Shown piece by piece: positions 38,694 through 49,138 of a stretch of DNA of 64,000 bases. Within the stretch, counting starts at the first letter, position 1, and each line of letters starts with the position of its first letter. The stretch is from Chthoniobacterales bacterium (GTDB taxonomy: Bacteria; Verrucomicrobiota; Verrucomicrobiia; Chthoniobacterales; JAATET01): assembly GCA_036569045.1 (NCBI GenBank), contig DATCRI010000088.1:20115-84114 (forward strand), given 5' to 3'. Under the pieces are notes generated by a model, which was not told the origin of the DNA, made no database searches, and saw nothing but the letters and a program-made list of their open reading frames with translations. The position numbers and the translations under genes are program-made.

Positions 38694-39335
38694 ATGGAGA
38701 TGGAAGCGATGCGCCGGGACTATGCGGCGGGAGAATTGCGACGGGCGGATCTTGCGGCCGACCCGCTCGGGCAGTTCGAGCAATGGTTTCGGGAAGCGGT
38801 GGAAACCGAGGGGGTGATCGAGGCGAACGCGATGACGCTGGCGACGGTCGATGCGACGGGGCGACCGCACGCGCGCATCGTGCTGCTGAAGGATTGTGAC
38901 GCGCGGGGCTTTCGCTTTTTCACGAACTACGAAAGCGACAAGGGCGTGGAGATCGCGGCGAACGCGGAGGTGGCGCTGTTGTTCCATTGGGCGCCGCTCG
39001 AGCGGCAGGTGCGCATCGAAGGCGGCGCGGAAAAAGTCTCGCGCGACGAGTCGGACGCCTATTTCCAGGTGCGCCCGCTGGCGAGCCGTCTGGGTGCATG
39101 GGCCTCGCCGCAGAGCCGGGTGATTGCGTCGCGGGCCGAACTGGAGGCGGACTACGCGGCGACGGAACGACGTTTCGCGGACGGGATGGTGCCACGGCCG
39201 CCGCAGTGGGGCGGCTATCTCGTGCGGCCCGTGGCAATCGAGTTCTGGCAGGGGCGGAGGAGTCGCCTGCACGACCGCTTTCGCTATACGCGTGGCGCGG
39301 GGGGCGGCTGGGCCATCCACCGTCTCGCGCCATGA
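38694..39335 (+). CDS. pdxH: Pyridoxamine 5'-phosphate oxidase
   Basis: [13 protein letters not shown]...[40 protein letters not shown]...[20 protein letters not shown] 38694 chosen; 38700 and 38709 are also possible. Confidence 0.9.
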   Translation: MEMEAMRRDYAAGELRRADLAADPLGQFEQWFREAVETEGVIEANAMTLATVDATGRPHARIVLLKDCDARGFRFFTNYESDKGVEIAANAEVALLFHWAPLERQVRIEGGAEKVSRDESDAYFQVRPLASRLGAWASPQSRVIASRAELEADYAATERRFADGMVPRPPQWGGYLVRPVAIEFWQGRRSRLHDRFRYTRGAGGGWAIHRLAP

Positions 39336-40315
39336 ACGTTTTCGGGATTCGCCGGGCGAAGCGGGCCTTTTCCGAGCTGGACGAGCGGGAGTTGCTCGCG
39401 CTGGCGATTTCGCAGGAGGAAGAGGATGGGCGCATCTATGGCGCGTTTGCCGAGCGGTTCGCGGAGAGTCGACCGCACTCGGCGGCGGCATTTGCGGAAA
39501 TGCGCGACGAGGAATCCGGCCATCGGGATCGGTTGTTCGCGCGCTACCGAGCCCGGTTCGGCGAGCACCTGCCTTTTCTGCGCCGGCAGGACGTGAAGGG
39601 CGGATTGTCGCGCCGCCCGATCTGGTTGAATCGCGTGCTGCCGGTCGATCGGGCATGGCGCGAGGTGGAGTCGATGGAGCGCGAGGCGCGCCGATTTTAC
39701 GAGGCTGCCGCGGGGCGGGCGACGGATGCCTCGACGCGCGAGCTGCTCGACACGCTGGCGGCGGAAGAGGGGAACCACGCGCAACGGGCCGCGGCGCTCG
39801 AGGACGAGCTGGCGACATCCGGCGCGGCGGCGCGGGAGGATGTGGACGAGCGGCGGCGGTTCGTGTTGCAGATCATTCAGCCGGGGCTCGCGGGTTTGAT
39901 GGATGGCTCGGTGTCGACGCTGGCCCCGGTCTTTGCCGCGGCTTTCGCGACCAAGGATAGCTGGGATGCATTCATCGTGGGCATGGCGGCGTCGATTGGC
40001 GCGGGGATCAGCATGGGATTTGCCGAGGCACTGTCGGACGACGGGGCGTTGAGCGGGCGTGGGCAGCCGTATTTGCGCGGCACCGTTTGCGGATTGATGA
40101 CGACCGCGGGCGGCATCGGGCACACGCTGCCGTTCCTCGTGGCCGATTTTCGGCTTGCCATGGGGATCGCCTTCGGTGTCGTGCTCGTGGAGCTCGGCGT
40201 GATCGCCTGGATCCGGCATCGTTACATGGATACGCCGTTGCTCCCGACGATTTTGCAGGTCGTTCTCGGTGGGGCGCTGGTGTTCCTTGCGGGTGTGCTG
40301 ATCGGCAATGCGTAG
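39332..40315 (+). CDS. mbfA: Erythrin-VIT1 fusion (membrane-bound ferritin-like iron exporter, MbfA-type)
   Basis: The N-terminal ferritin-like di-iron motifs are [40 protein letters not shown] and [11 protein letters not shown]. The C-terminal VIT1/CCC1 membrane domain is [20 protein letters not shown]...[19 protein letters not shown] overlap with the pdxH stop. Confidence 0.8.
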   Translation: MNVFGIRRAKRAFSELDERELLALAISQEEEDGRIYGAFAERFAESRPHSAAAFAEMRDEESGHRDRLFARYRARFGEHLPFLRRQDVKGGLSRRPIWLNRVLPVDRAWREVESMEREARRFYEAAAGRATDASTRELLDTLAAEEGNHAQRAAALEDELATSGAAAREDVDERRRFVLQIIQPGLAGLMDGSVSTLAPVFAAAFATKDSWDAFIVGMAASIGAGISMGFAEALSDDGALSGRGQPYLRGTVCGLMTTAGGIGHTLPFLVADFRLAMGIAFGVVLVELGVIAWIRHRYMDTPLLPTILQVVLGGALVFLAGVLIGNA

Positions 40316-40424
40316 GGTGGCGATTGCCGCGAGCGGGCGACGGGAGATTCCCCGCTTGACCTTTGCCGGGCATTGTCGTCTTTACTCCGCGTTTGGCCGC
40401 TGGCGCGCCCTTTTCGACTTATCA

Positions 40425-42791
40425 ATGAACCGCCTTCTCCGACTTTCGTTTCTAGCCGTTGCTGCCTCCCTGGCGGTGTCTCTTTTTGCTCGGGCGCAGC
40501 AGGCGCCGCTGCAGGGGCCGATCGTTAAGCAGATCGACGTCCAATACGTGGGCCAGGAGAGCATGTCGAAGGACCGCGTGCTCGCGAACCTCGCCACGCA
40601 GGTCGGCCAGCCCTACAGCGAACAGGCGGTCGAGGAAGACATTCGCAGCCTTTACTCGACGGGCACGCTGGCGAACGTCCGCATGTTCGGCGAACCGTTC
40701 CAGGACGGCGTCAAGGTCACGGTGCTCCTGCAGGGCCGTCCAATCGTCTCCGAAGTGCTCATCGAGGGCACCCAGCAGATCAGCCAGGCCCGGGTGCGTC
40801 GCGAGGTCGGCGTGAAGCCTGGCGTGAGCCTGAGCGAGGAAAAGATCGAGGATGACCGCCGCAAGATCCTCAAGCTCTATCAGGATCGCAACTACTCCGA
40901 CGTCGACGTCCAATACAAGATCGAGGACCTCCCGGACAACAAGGCCCGCGTCATCTACTCGATCACGGAAGGGCCGAAGCTCGTCGTCAGCAAGATCACC
41001 TTCATCGGGAACTACAGCGTCAAGGACAAGGACCTGCGCAAGGTCATGAAGACGAAGGTGCGCGACTTCCTCTATTACTTCAACAAGAGCGGTCGCCTCA
41101 CCACCACGCAGCTCGATGAGGACAAGGTCGCCCTGCGCCTGCTTTACCAGAACCGCGGTTTCGCCGATGTCCAGATTACGGACATTGCCACGCAGGAGAT
41201 GCCGAACCGGAAGGACGGCGTCGAAGTGATCGTCACCATTCAGGAAGGCGTCCAATATCGCGTCAACAAGGTCACCGTCGAAGGCGCGAACGTGGTTCCC
41301 GCGGACCAGATTCTTGGCCTGCTTTCCATGCGCGAGGGGTCGCTCTTCACGCCGTCCGCGCCGCTGCCGGGGCCTCCCGGGTCCACGCCGAAACAGGGCG
41401 GCCTCGTTGGCGACCTCAAGGCCATCCAGACCTTCTACGGTCAGCGTGGTTACATCGATGCGCGGCCGACGCCGCAGGTCACGCCCGCCGGCCAGGGCGC
41501 GGTGGATATCAATTACAAGATCGACGAGGGCGTGCAGTCCTACGTGAATCTCATCAATATCCAGGGCAATTCCCGCACGCAGGACCGCGTGATTCGTCGC
41601 GAGCTCGCGATCAAGCCCGGCGAGGTCTACGACACGACGCTTGTCGACATCAGCAAGGCCCGCCTCGACAACCTGCAGTATTTCTCGAACATCACGATCA
41701 GTCCGTCGGACACCGTGGTGCCCGGCCGCAAGGATCTCAACGTGATCCTCGAGGAGAAGCGCACCGGTTCGTTCAACTTCGGTGCCGGCTTCAGCACGAT
41801 CGACAGCCTGATCGGTTTTGCCGAACTCCAGCAGACGAACTTCGACCTGATGAACTGGCCGAACTTCACGGGCGGCGGTCAGCGCTTCCGCATCCGTCTG
41901 CAATACGGTCTCCAGCGCCAGGACTACGTGATCTCGCTCACGGAGCCCTGGTTCCTCGGCTACAAGCTCTCCGCTGGCGTGGAAGGCTACTACCGCGAGG
42001 CGAACTTCCTCTCGGCCGTCTATAACCAGTCCAACCTCGGTGCGGCCTTCAACTTCCGGAAGCCGATCACGAACTTCCTTTCGGCCGATGCCGAATACCG
42101 CATCGAGCAGATTCGCATCTTCGATGTCGATACCGACAACGTCGGGCAGTTCATCGAAGACTCCGCCGGCACCTACACGCGCAGCGCCATCACGGCCGGC
42201 CTTGTGTGGGACAGCCGTGACGACCTGCGCCTCACGCGGCGCGGCGAATACGTCCGCCTCGGCGGCTTCCTTGCGGGCGGCTTCCTTGGAGGAACCGTTC
42301 AGGATACCGGGATCACGCTCGATGCCTCGAAATACATCCTGCTCCCGTGGGACACGATCCTCACGTTCAAGGGGCAGATCGGCGTGGTCGACACCTGGGG
42401 CGGCGCCACGAACGGCGGCCTCGGCGTGCCGATCTTCGACCGTCTCTACCTCGGCGGCGCGAACAACATGCGCGGCTTCGACTACCGCGACGTCGGGCCG
42501 AAGGATGATGACGGCAACCCGATCGGCGGCAACACGCTCGCCTACGGCACGATCGAATACAGCTTCCCCATCATCGAGCGCATTCGCGGCTCCCTGTTCA
42601 CCGACTGGGGCTTCGTGAATGGCGAGGCAGGGGACTTCTCCGGCGACAACGTGAATGCCGACATCGGCATCGGCCTGCGCGTGGAACTGCCCATCGGCCC
42701 CGTGCGCGTGGACTACGGTATCCCCGTCATCCACGACCAATACAACGGCGGCACCGGCAAATTTAATTTCAACGTCGGCTACCAATTTTGA
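40425..42791 (+). CDS. bamA: Outer membrane protein assembly factor BamA
   Basis: ATG 40425 gives the signal peptide MNRLLRLSFLAVAASLAVSLFARA. POTRA repeats include IVKQIDVQYVG...VEEDIRSLYSTG. The Omp85 barrel ends in NFNVGYQF. Confidence 0.92.
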   Translation: MNRLLRLSFLAVAASLAVSLFARAQQAPLQGPIVKQIDVQYVGQESMSKDRVLANLATQVGQPYSEQAVEEDIRSLYSTGTLANVRMFGEPFQDGVKVTVLLQGRPIVSEVLIEGTQQISQARVRREVGVKPGVSLSEEKIEDDRRKILKLYQDRNYSDVDVQYKIEDLPDNKARVIYSITEGPKLVVSKITFIGNYSVKDKDLRKVMKTKVRDFLYYFNKSGRLTTTQLDEDKVALRLLYQNRGFADVQITDIATQEMPNRKDGVEVIVTIQEGVQYRVNKVTVEGANVVPADQILGLLSMREGSLFTPSAPLPGPPGSTPKQGGLVGDLKAIQTFYGQRGYIDARPTPQVTPAGQGAVDINYKIDEGVQSYVNLINIQGNSRTQDRVIRRELAIKPGEVYDTTLVDISKARLDNLQYFSNITISPSDTVVPGRKDLNVILEEKRTGSFNFGAGFSTIDSLIGFAELQQTNFDLMNWPNFTGGGQRFRIRLQYGLQRQDYVISLTEPWFLGYKLSAGVEGYYREANFLSAVYNQSNLGAAFNFRKPITNFLSADAEYRIEQIRIFDVDTDNVGQFIEDSAGTYTRSAITAGLVWDSRDDLRLTRRGEYVRLGGFLAGGFLGGTVQDTGITLDASKYILLPWDTILTFKGQIGVVDTWGGATNGGLGVPIFDRLYLGGANNMRGFDYRDVGPKDDDGNPIGGNTLAYGTIEYSFPIIERIRGSLFTDWGFVNGEAGDFSGDNVNADIGIGLRVELPIGPVRVDYGIPVIHDQYNGGTGKFNFNVGYQF

Positions 42792-42871
42792 ACGAATCCG
42801 CCCCGGGGGCGGTCACACCTGACACTCGTCCCCCGAGCATTTCCGTATTCACCACCGTAATACCCACCAAC

Positions 42872-43468
42872 ATGATCCAGAAATCCATCCGCACGCTCCT
42901 TCTCATCGGCACGATTGGCGCCGTTGCTCCCTTGGCCCACGCCGAGTTGAAGGTCGCGACCATCGACATGAACCGCGTCTTCACCGAATACTACAAGACG
43001 AAGGACGCCGAGGCTAAGCTCAACGAGCAGCGCGCGGGAGCGAAGAAGGAATTCGACGATCGCATCGAGACGCTCAAGAAGAGCATGGAGGAGATCACCA
43101 AACTCAACGCGAAGATCGAGAGCCCGGAGCTGAGCAAGGACGCGAAAGACGCCATCCTCAAGGATCGCGAGACCAAGGTCGCCGAGGCCCGCAACCTCGA
43201 CAAGGAAGTCAACGAGTTCAAGGGCACCCGCGAGCGCCAGCTCCAGGAGCAGTTCCTCCGCATGCGCAAGGACATCATCGACGACATCATGAAGGTCGTG
43301 ACCGCCCGCGTCTCCTCGGCGGGCTACGATCTCGTGTTCGACAAGTCCGGCCTCAGCATGGGCCAGATCCCGGTTGTCATCTATTCCCGCGACGACATGG
43401 ACTTCAGCAAGGACATCATCTCGAAGCTGAATGCGAACGCTCCCAAGGTGAAGCCCTCGGCCCAGTAA
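42872..43468 (+). CDS. skp: OmpH/Skp-family periplasmic chaperone
   Basis: ATG 42872 gives MIQKSIRTLLLIGTIGAVAPLAHA. ELKVATIDMNRVFTEYYKTKDAEAKLNEQ... is a coiled-coil-rich OmpH pattern. Located downstream of bamA. Confidence 0.85.
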   Translation: MIQKSIRTLLLIGTIGAVAPLAHAELKVATIDMNRVFTEYYKTKDAEAKLNEQRAGAKKEFDDRIETLKKSMEEITKLNAKIESPELSKDAKDAILKDRETKVAEARNLDKEVNEFKGTRERQLQEQFLRMRKDIIDDIMKVVTARVSSAGYDLVFDKSGLSMGQIPVVIYSRDDMDFSKDIISKLNANAPKVKPSAQ

Positions 43469-43491
43469 GCCACCGCCAAGATCTTTTGTGA

Positions 43492-43521
43492 GGGCATCCC
43501 GGTTCTCGGGATGCCCTTTTT
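43492..43521. terminator. Hairpin terminator after skp (between convergent genes)
   Basis: gggcatcccg-gttct-cgggatgccc followed by ttttt on the plus strand. Confidence 0.7.
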
Positions 43522-43528
43522 CTTTCTC

Positions 43529-45385
43529 TCAGGGGTTGGGTGCGGAGAGCAGCTGCTGCTTCGTGGCGGTCGTGATGAGCGGACTGCTGCTGATCCAGGT
43601 GCGGGCGGTGGCGGGGTCGGTCTTCATCCAGTGCTTGGCCAGGTATTGATAATGGGTGGCGCGCAGAGCCGGGTCGCTGATCGAGTTCATCCATTGGATT
43701 CCGAGCTGGGGGCTTTTGTCGAAGGCGGCGGACCAGAAGCGGACGATGGTGGTGTCGCGATCCTTGCCTGTCTGGACATTGCTCGAGAACCAGGACAGGG
43801 CCTTGTCGGGATCCTGTTCCACCCAGGCGCGCATGGAAGAGCCGAGGGCTTCGGTGCGCGTGTCGCCGGCGGGCAGGGTGGCGCTCCACTGTGCGGCGCC
43901 GCTGGGATCGTTCTCCGCCCAGTTGCTGGCGATGTTCGAGAGGGCGTTGTTGAGGGCGTCGCCGACGGGAATCTGGGACTGCGCCCATTTGGCGGCGGAG
44001 GCAGGGTCGGTCTCCGCCCATTGGCCGGCGATATATCGGAGCGCGGTGTTCCGGGATTCTCCGGGCGGCAGTTTCGTCGCCCATTGTGCGGCGGCGACGG
44101 GGTCGTCGTTGGCCCAGTTGTTGGCGATGTTGGTGATGGCGTTGCGCTGATTGTCGCCGGGCGGTAGTGCCGCGGCCATGGCGGCGGCGGCTTCGGGATT
44201 CTCGGAGGTCAATCCCGAGATCACGCCCTGCGTGATGTTCTTCTTCACATTGGGGTCAGTCTGGGAATCCATCCACTTCTGCGCGGCGGCGGGATCCTGG
44301 CGAGCCCAGTTGTTTGCGATATTGCGGAGCATGTTGTCCTGCTCGGAGATCGAGCTGACGAGATCCACCATGGCGATGGCGTTCTGCGGATCGCCGCGCA
44401 TGGCGGCGTAGCTGAGATCGCGCACGAGCGAGTTGCGTTCCGCCCCGGCCGGTTGCTTCTCCAGCCAGGCGAAAGCACCGTCGAAATCCTCCTGGACCCA
44501 GTTTTGCGCGACGGTGGAGAGGGCCTGGGTGCGAGAGCGTTTTTCGGGAATGCTCTGGGCCCAGGCCAGGGCGGCGTCGCGATCCTCAAACGCCCAGTTG
44601 CTGGCGACAATCGAGATCGCGCTTTGGCGCATTTGCCCGGGAGGAAGCGAGGCCGCGCGCTCGGCAGCGGCGGCGGGATCCTGCCGGACGAGCCGGGAGA
44701 AGACGGGGTAGGCCACGTTGAAGCCGCTGTTCGCGGTCTTCGATTGCAGCGCGATCTGTAAGGCCCGCTCGGGATCCTGCGTGGCGAGGGCGCTGAGGAG
44801 AGTTCGCTCCGCATTGCGCTTCAGCTCGCCGACGGGCAGGGATTTGGCCCAGAGGGCGGCAGAGTCGTAGTCGGTCGCCGCCCATCCGGAAATCACGGCG
44901 AGAATGTTCTGCTGGCGCATGGCCGAGGGGGGCAGTTGCTGCGCGTAGGCGAGAGCGGCCTTGGGATCCGTTCGAGCCCAGGCGCCGAGGACGACATTGA
45001 GGCCGATGTTGCGCTGCATGCCTCCACCGGAATTGCGGATCGAGTCGGCCACGGCGCGGGCATTCTCGCGGGTGACGCCGTTCTTGCCGATCCACCAGAG
45101 ATTCCCCATCCGCTGCATGTCGTCCGGGTCGTTCACCGCATCGCGGATGGCCGCGGCGACATCTTCGCTCTTCCGGGAGCCGCCACCTTGGATGGAGCGC
45201 AGCGAGTTGCTCGGCGATCGGCCTGTGGAGGCGCCGCCGGTGGCGGAGGCCGGTTCCCGGTCGTCCCCGAAAGATGCGGCAAGCGACGAGGATGGTCCCG
45301 GGCTCGGAGAGCCGAGGATTGCGAATCCGTAGCCGAGGCCGAATGCCACCAGTGCCACGACGAGGAGGGGAGCCCAGGCTTTCAT
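43529..45385 (-). CDS. N-terminally membrane-anchored helical-repeat protein with about 15 tandem copies of a roughly 36-aa W..DP..A..W...LP repeat; unknown function
   Basis: Begins MKAWAPLLVVALVAFGLGYGFAIL (TM anchor). Repeats include NNWANDDPVAAAQWATKLPPGESRNTALRYIAGQWAETDPASAAKWAQSQIPVGDALNNALSNIASNWAENDPSGAAQWSATLPAGDTR. Confidence 0.75.
   Translation of the reverse strand: MKAWAPLLVVALVAFGLGYGFAILGSPSPGPSSSLAASFGDDREPASATGGASTGRSPSNSLRSIQGGGSRKSEDVAAAIRDAVNDPDDMQRMGNLWWIGKNGVTRENARAVADSIRNSGGGMQRNIGLNVVLGAWARTDPKAALAYAQQLPPSAMRQQNILAVISGWAATDYDSAALWAKSLPVGELKRNAERTLLSALATQDPERALQIALQSKTANSGFNVAYPVFSRLVRQDPAAAAERAASLPPGQMRQSAISIVASNWAFEDRDAALAWAQSIPEKRSRTQALSTVAQNWVQEDFDGAFAWLEKQPAGAERNSLVRDLSYAAMRGDPQNAIAMVDLVSSISEQDNMLRNIANNWARQDPAAAQKWMDSQTDPNVKKNITQGVISGLTSENPEAAAAMAAALPPGDNQRNAITNIANNWANDDPVAAAQWATKLPPGESRNTALRYIAGQWAETDPASAAKWAQSQIPVGDALNNALSNIASNWAENDPSGAAQWSATLPAGDTRTEALGSSMRAWVEQDPDKALSWFSSNVQTGKDRDTTIVRFWSAAFDKSPQLGIQWMNSISDPALRATHYQYLAKHWMKTDPATARTWISSSPLITTATKQQLLSAPNP
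43588..44998 (-). repeat. Intragenic diverged tandem repeats with a period of about 108 bp (36 codons)
   Basis: The periodicity is visible in the protein (W-x3-DP-x2-A-x2-W-x3-LP) and in the DNA (gcccagttgntggcgatgtt...). The boundaries are approximate. Confidence 0.6.
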
Positions 45386-45509
45386 GCCGACCGCATTGAG
45401 CGCCTTTGAGGCCGGGCATTCAAGCGGGATTCTTGGCGGTCGAATCTCTCATGTTTTCCGCGGCTTCGGCATTGACAATCCCCCGCGATCTTCGGCTGAA
45501 TGCGGTTCC

Positions 45510-45956
45510 ATGATTTCCCTCCTCATCGCCGGCGGTGTTTCCGTAGCCGCCAACGTTCAAGCCGTCAATTGGCCAATCATCGATAACCACACGCTCAAGG
45601 GGGAGGCGATCCCTTCGAATCAGGTGGTATGCCGCAACATGTGGGGCACGCCGATGCTGCCGGATGGCAAGGGCGGCTACAGCCTCATCGCGCCGATCAA
45701 TCAAACGTGGATCGCCGAGAGCCTGATGATCCCGCCGCAGGCTCCTCGCGGCATGGTGGCCTATCGCCCGCTTCCGCCCGTGACGGCCACGGTCGTCGTG
45801 CCTGCGGTTCCGGAGCCCGCTCCGGCCGCGGTTTCCGCTCCCGCGCCTGTCGCTCCGCCGGCCCCGGCGATGGAGGAAGCTCCCGCTCCGGCGGTCGAGG
45901 CCCCGGCAGAAGCCGCTCCGGCCGATCCCTTTAGCTCGACTCCCGCGGGCAACTAA
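45510..45956 (+). CDS. Hypothetical secreted protein with Pro/Ala-rich C-terminal half
   Basis: ATG 45510 gives [18 protein letters not shown], followed by a short globular segment and then [23 protein letters not shown] low-complexity sequence. Its TAA shares bases with the guaB stop on the other strand. Confidence 0.5.
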   Translation: MISLLIAGGVSVAANVQAVNWPIIDNHTLKGEAIPSNQVVCRNMWGTPMLPDGKGGYSLIAPINQTWIAESLMIPPQAPRGMVAYRPLPPVTATVVVPAVPEPAPAAVSAPAPVAPPAPAMEEAPAPAVEAPAEAAPADPFSSTPAGN

Positions 45957-47512
45957 GCCCGGGGAGCGTTGGTGGCCTCTTTCGAGGTTGTCACGGTCAG
46001 CACGTCGTGGGGCGCGGATTCCCGCTGCCCCGCGGGCGTCACTCGCACAAAGAGGGCCTTCTTCCGCAATTCGCCAAGGTCCTTCGCGCCGAGATAGCCC
46101 ATTCCGGCCTGCACGCCGCCGATCAATTCTCGCAGCACGTTGTCGAGCGGGCCGGCGGCTTCCTTGAGCGCCTCGATGCCTTCCGGCGCCGCTTTCGTCG
46201 TCGCGTCCTTGCGCTCGTGCCCGTAGCGGGCGGCCGAGCCTTCCTTCATCGCCTCGCGGCTGCCCATGCCCCGATACTGTTTGTAGAGCTTGCCGCCGAT
46301 CTCGATGATGCGGCCCGGCGCCTCGTCGCAGCCGGCCAGCAGGCCGCCGCAGATCACGGCGTCCGCCTGGGTAAGAGCCTTCACCATGTCGCCGGATTTC
46401 GTGATGCCTCCGTCGGCGATCGTGCGAACACCGACCCTGGCCGCGGCGCGTGAGGCCACGTAGAGCGCGGTCATCTGCGGGATGCCGACACCCGCGACGA
46501 TGCGAGTGGTGCAGATGGAGCCCGGTCCCTGGCCAATCTTGATGCAGTTTGCGCCAGCCTCGGCGAGGAACTCGACGCCGTCGCCGCAGGTGACGTTACC
46601 CGCGATGAGCGTGAGGTCGGGGAACTCTTCGCGAAGCAGACGCACGGCGTCGCCAACGCCCTTGGAAAAGCCGTGGGCGGTCGAGACGGCGATCGCGTCG
46701 ATGCCTTCCGCGATGAGATCTCCCACGTGCGAGACGATGCGGTCGCGATCGAGCGTGCCATCGGGCTTGCGGTGCGGTGAGATAGCGGCGCCGCAGACCA
46801 GGCGCAGCTTCGCGTCGCGGGCCGGTTTCACGATGCGGCGGGATTCCTCGCCGATGCGCTCGATGTCGCTCAGCGTGAAGAGCCCGCGCAGGCGGTCGGA
46901 ATCATCGACGACGAGGAGCTTGTGGATGCCCATGTGCTCCGTGAAGAAGCGGTCCGCGGTCTCGATCGGCTGTTTGCGAATCTCGCTCTCGGGGAGCGTG
47001 AAAAGCGCGGAGCGCGGGGTCATTGCCTCGGAAACAAGCCGATCGCGGTAACGCTCGCGGACGACCGATCCGGAAAGCAGGCCCAGCAGCCGGCCTTCGT
47101 CGTCCACCACGGGAAAGGTGCTGAAGCGGAATCCGCGCTTTTCCATGAAATCGAGCACCTCGCCGACCTTTTGCGTCGGGGAAGCCTTGATCGGCTCCTG
47201 AATAAAGCCGTGGATGTGATTTTTCACCCGGGCGACCTCCTTCACCTGCGCCTCGTCGGGCATGTTGTAATGGATGAGGCCGAGGCCGCCGTTGAGGGCC
47301 ATCTGGATGGCCATGCGTGACTCCGTGACGGTATCCATGTCGGACGAGATCACGGGAATCTGCAGGGCGAGCTGGTCGGAGAGCGTGACCGCGAGATTCG
47401 TGTCGCGGGGCAGAACGTCGGAGTAACGAGTGGCCAGGGAGACGTCGTCAAACGTCAGGCCGGAAGGCTGGCAGCTTGGAAAGAAGGAATCGGCGTCGTG
47501 GTAGAATTCCAT
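45953..47512 (-). CDS. guaB: Inosine-5'-monophosphate dehydrogenase
   Basis: LTFDDVSL...[12 protein letters not shown]...[10 protein letters not shown] is followed by a CBS pair. [14 protein letters not shown] and YRGMGS are also present. Confidence 0.95.
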   Translation of the reverse strand: MEFYHDADSFFPSCQPSGLTFDDVSLATRYSDVLPRDTNLAVTLSDQLALQIPVISSDMDTVTESRMAIQMALNGGLGLIHYNMPDEAQVKEVARVKNHIHGFIQEPIKASPTQKVGEVLDFMEKRGFRFSTFPVVDDEGRLLGLLSGSVVRERYRDRLVSEAMTPRSALFTLPESEIRKQPIETADRFFTEHMGIHKLLVVDDSDRLRGLFTLSDIERIGEESRRIVKPARDAKLRLVCGAAISPHRKPDGTLDRDRIVSHVGDLIAEGIDAIAVSTAHGFSKGVGDAVRLLREEFPDLTLIAGNVTCGDGVEFLAEAGANCIKIGQGPGSICTTRIVAGVGIPQMTALYVASRAAARVGVRTIADGGITKSGDMVKALTQADAVICGGLLAGCDEAPGRIIEIGGKLYKQYRGMGSREAMKEGSAARYGHERKDATTKAAPEGIEALKEAAGPLDNVLRELIGGVQAGMGYLGAKDLGELRKKALFVRVTPAGQRESAPHDVLTVTTSKEATNAPRA

Positions 47513-47626
47513 AGCGGATATTGCTCGGGAGCGATTTCCGGCTCAAGGAGAATTCCGCCCGGTGTGCGGCGATGGGGTGGATTTCCGCTTTAATCTTCAA
47601 AGGTCTGCCGACTATCTTTTCGCGCA

Positions 47627-48325
47627 ATGCGCGCGGCGAGAATCCGTGAAATTCCCGAATCGGACCGACCCCGCGAAAAATTGACCGCGCGAGGCGCCGC
47701 CAGCCTCACCGATGCCGAGCTCATCGCGATTTTTCTCCGCACCGGCACGCGGGACCAGAGCGTCATCAACGTCGCCAGTGAGGTGCTCGCGGCCCGAGGC
47801 GGCCTGCATGCCCTGGCCCGGGCGACCGTGCAGGAGATCAAAAATTCCGCCAAGGGGATCGGCCCGGCCAAGGCCGCGGAACTCGCCGCCGTCTTCGAGG
47901 TCGGCAAGCGCCTGGCGCGCGGCCCGGGGGCGCGATTGAAACTCGATTCGCCGCAGGCCGTTTTCGACCTGCTCGCGCCGGAGTTCCACGCGCTCGATCG
48001 GGAGCGGCTCTGCGTGCTGCTCGTCAATACCCGCCACCGGCTGATCTGGACCGAGGTCGTCTCGATCGGCTCGCTCAATGAAAGTGTCGCGCATCCGCGG
48101 GAAATTCTGCGGCCGGCTCTGATCCATTCTGCCTACGGATTCGTGCTCGCGCACAACCATCCCTCCGGCGATCCATCGCCGAGCGAGGCCGACAAGCGCC
48201 TCACCCGCCGACTCCGCGAAGCCGCCGATCTGCTCCAGCTCCGCTTTGTGGATCACGTGATCATCGGTGCGCCCGACGAGGGACGTCCGCCCTATTTCAG
48301 CTTCAAGGAGAACAGTCTGTTGTGA
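47627..48325 (+). CDS. radC: RadC-family JAB/MPN domain protein (UPF0758)
   Basis: DRPREKLTARGAASLTDAELIAIFLRTG...VLAHNHPSGDPSPSEADKRLTRRL contains the JAMM-like motif HNHPSG. Confidence 0.88.
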   Translation: MRAARIREIPESDRPREKLTARGAASLTDAELIAIFLRTGTRDQSVINVASEVLAARGGLHALARATVQEIKNSAKGIGPAKAAELAAVFEVGKRLARGPGARLKLDSPQAVFDLLAPEFHALDRERLCVLLVNTRHRLIWTEVVSIGSLNESVAHPREILRPALIHSAYGFVLAHNHPSGDPSPSEADKRLTRRLREAADLLQLRFVDHVIIGAPDEGRPPYFSFKENSLL

Positions 48326-49131
48326 AAATTCATCCCACCGCCATCGTCGAGGACGGGGCCGTGCTCGGCCCGGAGGTCGAAGTCGGTCCCTATGCATCCA
48401 TCGGCCGGGAAGCCGTTGTCGGCGCCGGTTGCCGCATCCTTGCGCATGCCGTCCTTGCCGGGCGGGTGACCCTCGGCGAACGCAATCTCGTCGGCTATGG
48501 CGCCGTGCTCGGAGCGCCGCCGCAGGATCTCGGCTACGACGAGACGATGGCGAGCGAGGTGCGGATCGGCGACGGGAACACCTTCCGCGAATACGTGACC
48601 GTGCATCGAGGATCCCGCGACGGCCATGCGACTACCGTTGGCGACGGCAATTTTGTGATGGTCGGCGTGCACATCGGCCATGACGGCCGGATCGGCGATC
48701 GCACGATCATCGCGAACAACTGTCTGCTCGCCGGCCACGTGGAAATCGGCGATCGCGCCGTGCTCGGCGGCGGCACGGCGTTCCACCAGCACATGCGGGT
48801 CGGCCGGTTGGCGATGGTCTGTGGCGGCACGCGTTTCAGTCGCGACATCGTGCCGTTCGCGATGGGCGACGGGGAGAACCTGCTCGCGGGATTGAATGTG
48901 ATCGGAATGCGCCGGGCGGGATTTGCGAGCGAGACGCGCCTCGAAATCAAGCGCGCCTTCCGGTTGATTTTCCGGTCCGGAAGAAACCTGCACGATGCCC
49001 TCGAGGAGGCCGACGGCACGGAGTGGGGCGCCGAGGCGCGCGAGCTGCTCGACTTCGTCCGCACCTCGAAGCGCGGCGTCTGCGTCGATCAGCCCCGAAA
49101 CGGATCCGCCCCGCCGGACGACGAGGCGTGA
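48322..49131 (+). CDS. lpxA: Acyl-ACP--UDP-N-acetylglucosamine O-acyltransferase
   Basis: The GTG start forms a GTGA overlap with the radC stop. MKIHPTAIVEDGAVLGPEVEVGPYASIG begins the hexapeptide repeats. HQHMRVG...LNVIGMRRAGF is the LpxA C-terminal domain. Confidence 0.9.
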   Translation: MKIHPTAIVEDGAVLGPEVEVGPYASIGREAVVGAGCRILAHAVLAGRVTLGERNLVGYGAVLGAPPQDLGYDETMASEVRIGDGNTFREYVTVHRGSRDGHATTVGDGNFVMVGVHIGHDGRIGDRTIIANNCLLAGHVEIGDRAVLGGGTAFHQHMRVGRLAMVCGGTRFSRDIVPFAMGDGENLLAGLNVIGMRRAGFASETRLEIKRAFRLIFRSGRNLHDALEEADGTEWGAEARELLDFVRTSKRGVCVDQPRNGSAPPDDEA

Positions 49132-49138
49132 TGGTCGG

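Noticed and set aside
40452-42785. 777-aa minus-strand ORF opposite bamA. Also 51484..53652 opposite speA, 55070..57982 opposite gcvP, 59616..62225 opposite the DUF2723 gene, 26544..28517 opposite the histidine kinase, 7540..9042 and 6368..7615 opposite the membrane and MidA genes, and 193..1305 opposite the SSF transporter.
   Set aside because: All are antisense-frame artefacts of high GC3. None has a recognisable motif, and each is fully nested against a well-supported gene.
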